Below, piece by piece: positions 44,389 to 47,445 of a stretch of 47,445 nucleotides of DNA. The notes under the pieces were generated by a model. The model was not told where the DNA came from and made no database searches. It worked only from the letters and a program-made list of their open reading frames with translations. The position numbers and the translations under genes were made by a program. This DNA is from a virus (lineage: Duplodnaviria; Caudoviricetes): IMG/VR virus record IMGVR_UViG_3300037780_000051, positions 1-47,445 of that record. One strand, written 5' to 3'. Within the stretch, counting starts at the first letter, position 1. Every line of letters begins with the position of its first letter.

Positions 44389-44413
44389 TCTCCCAACACC
44401 ACGGGAGAAACCG

Positions 44414-44707
44414 ATGACCAAACACATGACCGAGACAGAGTTCCGCCACCGCCTAGCGAAACGCGCGGTGGCGTTGCCGGAATTCATCACGAGCGAACGT
44501 GGTCGCGCCGAGTTTAAACCGCACGCCGAGCTTGTCCGCCTGTCCGACGCAATCAGTGACGGTCGCAGCCTCAAGGAGATCGCGTTGCGTGCCTGGACCT
44601 ATCAGGACACCCACGATTTGCCCGTCGTTGTCGCTGCGCGCATGCGGACGATTTACCGCCGCATCATGCGCTTCACCGCGCAGCCTGACGTCGAAGGGGT
44701 AGCGTGA
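44414..44707 (+). CDS. Hypothetical protein, first gene of the PL operon
   Basis: GGGAGA RBS. Confidence 0.7.
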   Translation: MTKHMTETEFRHRLAKRAVALPEFITSERGRAEFKPHAELVRLSDAISDGRSLKEIALRAWTYQDTHDLPVVVAARMRTIYRRIMRFTAQPDVEGVA

Positions 44708-44898
44708 TGCACACCCAACGTACCGAGAGCCACATCACTGACCACGACGACTGGTGCCGCGCCTGCGGCGGCCACGGCGGCGCGTACGAGGACAACGGAT
44801 ATGGGTCAAAGATCTTCGAACCCTGCCATATCTGCCGGGGGTCCGGCACCCGAACGGTGCGTGTCGATCACAACCCGCTGCCGCCGGGGTGCATGTAA
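44704..44898 (+). CDS. Small CxxCxGxG zinc-finger protein
   Basis: CRACGGHG...CHICRGSG. Confidence 0.65.
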   Translation: MMHTQRTESHITDHDDWCRACGGHGGAYEDNGYGSKIFEPCHICRGSGTRTVRVDHNPLPPGCM

Positions 44899-44925
44899 TG
44901 GCCCTGCCCAACCCTTCCCTGCGGA

Positions 44926-45087
44926 CCCGTGCGGCACGAAGCCTGTACGTTGCACGGCCCACTGACCGGCGGCGCGTGTCTTGCTCCGCCCGCCGGTCCT
45001 TTTCTTCGAATTCCGCGACACCTCCTCCCGTCGCGGATCCGCACCCGGGCGCCATCGCTCACGGCACTATCCCAAGCCCGGGTGCGG
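44926..45087 (+). ncRNA. Multi-hairpin RNA including a CCUCCUCCC-loop (cuckoo-like) hairpin
   Basis: TCCGCGAC-ACCTCCTCCC-GTCGCGGA at 45012-45037, flanked by stems 44964-44998 and 45039-45087. Confidence 0.6.
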
Positions 45088-45107
45088 CCCAATTTCAGGA
45101 GACCTCG

Positions 45108-45290
45108 ATGAAACAGAACCACGGGCCTTGGGCTTACCCGCCAGCGCGTCGTGTCCGCGACACCCGCCGGTTCGCGTGGACGTTCGTGAAGCTGGTCGCC
45201 GCTATCCTTGCTGGTCTGATCGTCGCAGCGATCGCCACTGAGGCAATGGCCACACTGGCTGCCGCGCAGATCGGTGGCACCCATGGCTAG
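45108..45290 (+). CDS. Small membrane protein
   Basis: AGGAGA RBS; one TM helix. Confidence 0.65.
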   Translation: MKQNHGPWAYPPARRVRDTRRFAWTFVKLVAAILAGLIVAAIATEAMATLAAAQIGGTHG

Positions 45291-45549
45291 GGTTCCGATC
45301 ATCGACCTACCGATCCGAGTGTTCACGCCGATGACCGAAGGCGACACCTGCGTCGCTCTGATCGGGCAACTACCGATCCGCTTTGAAGCTGCCACCCCTT
45401 TCGCCGCCCGGCGGATGGCCGACGACTGGCGCAAGGAGAACGCGCAGCGGCTCGAGAACGAACAGGAGCGCATCGAAAAGCGTGCTGCAGCACGGCAGGC
45501 CGAAAAAGATGCCCGTGCCGCCGCGCAAAGGGCCAAGGAAACCGCCTGA
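45283..45549 (+). CDS. Hypothetical protein
   Basis: Coupled ORF. Confidence 0.6.
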   Translation: MARVPIIDLPIRVFTPMTEGDTCVALIGQLPIRFEAATPFAARRMADDWRKENAQRLENEQERIEKRAAARQAEKDARAAAQRAKETA

Positions 45550-45944
45550 TGCCGATGCGCCGCCCCACCCCACTCTCCCGGCTTCTTGCATGGCACACGG
45601 CCGCGCTGGCCGGCGACAACCCCCCGCGTCACGAGTCGTGGGCTGAGGTCGGCTGGTATAAGCGCCGGTTCGTGAAGGGCGGCCCGTGGGTTCCCGCACG
45701 GATCTATGTGCGACGCGAGATTGACCCGGAAACCGGCGATCTGGCTGGCCCCGAGGAACTGGCGATTGAGGTCGAAGGCATCGATGGTGGCGACCCTCTC
45801 GATCACTGGACCTACCTGATCCCTATTTCGAAATCCGAATTCGATCACCTCGTCGATTACCGGCTGCGCGACGCCCGCATGATGGACACGCGCCGCCCGA
45901 TCGACCTCACCGAAACCCCGACATTGCCACAAGGAGTTTTCTGA
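45549..45944 (+). CDS. Conserved phage hypothetical protein
   Basis: GWYKRRFVKGGPWVPARI...EIDPETG. Confidence 0.75.
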   Translation: MPMRRPTPLSRLLAWHTAALAGDNPPRHESWAEVGWYKRRFVKGGPWVPARIYVRREIDPETGDLAGPEELAIEVEGIDGGDPLDHWTYLIPISKSEFDHLVDYRLRDARMMDTRRPIDLTETPTLPQGVF

Positions 45945-45945
45945 A

Positions 45946-46692
45946 ATGAACGATCAATCGCCCGGTGTGGGCCACAACGGCCCTCCGCCCTTCGATGCCA
46001 CCGCGCTCGCTGAGTGGGACGCGAAGGTCAAGGAATTCGTCGACGCGTCCAGCGTCTGGAACAAGATGGACGCGATCGAGACCGACGAGCACGCCGGTCA
46101 GATCACTGACCAGATCGACGGGCTGCGCGGCCTGTTCAAAAAAGTCGATGAAGCCCGCAAAGCTGAAAAGAAACCGCACGACGACGCGGGCAAAGCGGTT
46201 CAGGCGGCCTATTCCCCCCTGCTCGACAAGCTCAAGAAGGCAGCGGACAAGCTGAAACCGAAGCTCGCCGCGTTCGCCGAGGCGAAGGCAAAGGCCGAGG
46301 CCGAAGCGCGCACCAAGGCGGAAGCCGAAGCGAAGGCCGCAGCTGAGGCCGCCGAGAAGGCCCTAAAGGAAGCCGAAGCCGCGGGCGATATCGGTGCAGA
46401 AGCCGAAGCCGAGGCGGCCCGCAAGGAAGCCGAAAAAGCGCAAAAGGCGGCCGCGCGACCGGTGTCGGGCGGCGTGAAGTCGGCCACAGGCGCCGGGCGC
46501 ACCATGTCGCTTCGCACCGTCAAGGAAGTCGAGATCACGAACGTCCGCGTGCTGTTCATGCACTATCAGGATCACCCCGAGGTCGCCGAAACGCTGCGGC
46601 GCCTCGCGACGGCCGACGTCCGGTCGAAGGACTATGACCCCGCGAACCCGGTGCCCGGTATCACCGTCACCGAACGCAAGGTCATGGCCTGA
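45946..46692 (+). CDS. Coiled-coil recombination-region protein (Gam/Gp157-like architecture)
   Basis: GHNGPP start, RKAEKKP, Ala/Glu/Lys-rich helix, VPGI end. Confidence 0.7.
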   Translation: MNDQSPGVGHNGPPPFDATALAEWDAKVKEFVDASSVWNKMDAIETDEHAGQITDQIDGLRGLFKKVDEARKAEKKPHDDAGKAVQAAYSPLLDKLKKAADKLKPKLAAFAEAKAKAEAEARTKAEAEAKAAAEAAEKALKEAEAAGDIGAEAEAEAARKEAEKAQKAAARPVSGGVKSATGAGRTMSLRTVKEVEITNVRVLFMHYQDHPEVAETLRRLATADVRSKDYDPANPVPGITVTERKVMA

Positions 46693-46925
46693 TGGCGCGC
46701 CCGCTCAAATACCTGGAAGGCCCCACGATCCGATCGATGGACGAGTTCGCCGACCTGATCCGGGCGGGCCACTATGTGATCGATCGCCGGTCCGGTCAGC
46801 GGGTCAACCCCGGATGGGCGGCAAGCTGGCAATTCCGCATGGCGATGAACGCGATCCGCGAAGGCCACATTCTCCGCGCGATCCCAAACCCCGAACACCC
46901 TGACAACAAGGAAACCACCGAATGA
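46692..46925 (+). CDS. Hypothetical protein
   Basis: Coupled ORF upstream of recT. Confidence 0.6.
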   Translation: MARPLKYLEGPTIRSMDEFADLIRAGHYVIDRRSGQRVNPGWAASWQFRMAMNAIREGHILRAIPNPEHPDNKETTE

Positions 46926-47445
46926 ACGTCCCTGTCAAAACCGAAGCCACGGCGATGACCAACCTGCCGATGATGAACGCCCCGGTGTTCGAACAGATGC
47001 AGCGTGTCGGTCGCATGCTGGCCATGTCGCCGCTGTTCCCCGAACACCTGCGGAAAGGAAACCCCGAACAGGCCCTCGCCAACGGCGTGTTGGTCGTCAA
47101 CATGGCGATGCGGCTGAACGAAGATCCGTTGACCATCGCGCAGAACATCTACTTCGTCGGCGGCAAGCCGGGCTGGTCTACGTCCTATCTGATTTCGAAG
47201 GCGAACCAGCACGGCGTTTTCAAAGATCCGATCGATTGGACCGTCACCGGTGAGGGCGACAAGCTTTCGGTCACCGCGAAGGCTGTTCTCGCCGGAACCG
47301 GGAAATCGGTCTCCTACACCTGCGACATGGAAATGGCGAAGGCCGAGGGTTGGACCAAGAACGCGAAGTACCGGTCGATGCCCGCGCTCATGCTGCGCTA
47401 CCGCTCTGCCGCCGCCATGATCCGGCTTTACTGCCCGGAAGTGAT
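46922..47445 (+). CDS. recT: RecT-family single-strand annealing protein, 5' part (continues across the circle junction to 596)
   Basis: ATG at 46922 overlaps the upstream stop; MNVPVKTEATAM...MAMRLNEDPLTIAQNIYFVGGKPGW... runs in frame into MEMAKAEGW. Confidence 0.75.
   Translation, partial: MNVPVKTEATAMTNLPMMNAPVFEQMQRVGRMLAMSPLFPEHLRKGNPEQALANGVLVVNMAMRLNEDPLTIAQNIYFVGGKPGWSTSYLISKANQHGVFKDPIDWTVTGEGDKLSVTAKAVLAGTGKSVSYTCDMEMAKAEGWTKNAKYRSMPALMLRYRSAAAMIRLYCPEV
47313..47445. repeat. Terminal direct repeat, copy 2
   Basis: Matches 1-133 with one mismatch. Confidence 0.95.

Noticed and set aside
46270-46450. Repetitive GCCGAG/GCCGAA tract
   Set aside because: Explained by an Ala/Glu/Lys coiled-coil coding region; no spacer structure, and no CRISPR array was seen
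47313-47445. Biological terminal repeat of the virion DNA
   Set aside because: It lies mid-gene in recT, far from the terminase region, and its length is typical of an assembler overlap

Overview
The window is an apparently complete, circularly permuted temperate siphovirus genome of about 47.3 kb, GC-rich. Bases 1-133 recur at 47313-47445 with one mismatch. The host is probably an alphaproteobacterium, Rhodobacteraceae-like (GapR/DUF2312 homolog, tRNA-Tyr attP, CCUCCUCCC hairpin). The layout is lambdoid. A cI/cro switch with CGCA-N3-TGCG operators sits at 43-44.4 kb. A plus-strand early operon wraps through the contig ends: RecT, ASCH, HNH, DUF5131, xis-like genes, tyrosine integrase, an intact attP and a GIY-YIG gene. 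A long minus-strand block carries cII-like, GapR, HNH, SNF2 helicase, RusA, PAPS-reductase-like, DNA methylase, replication initiator and a NusG paralog, followed by terminase, head, tail and lysis genes. Most notable: (1) a translationally coupled glycosyltransferase / sulfotransferase / methyltransferase / Maf-GT29-like cluster inserted between two head-tail connector genes, a candidate virion glycan-decoration pathway; (2) a NusG paralog followed by a late promoter and a twin-hairpin leader, a candidate antitermination system; (3) an HNH cassette that decapitated a DUF5131 gene and supplies a recoded 5' end; (4) a cuckoo-like anti-SD hairpin RNA; (5) a holin-like/lysozyme fusion; (6) a clear -1 frameshift in the tail chaperone. 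All calls come from motif reading by eye; no database searches were run.
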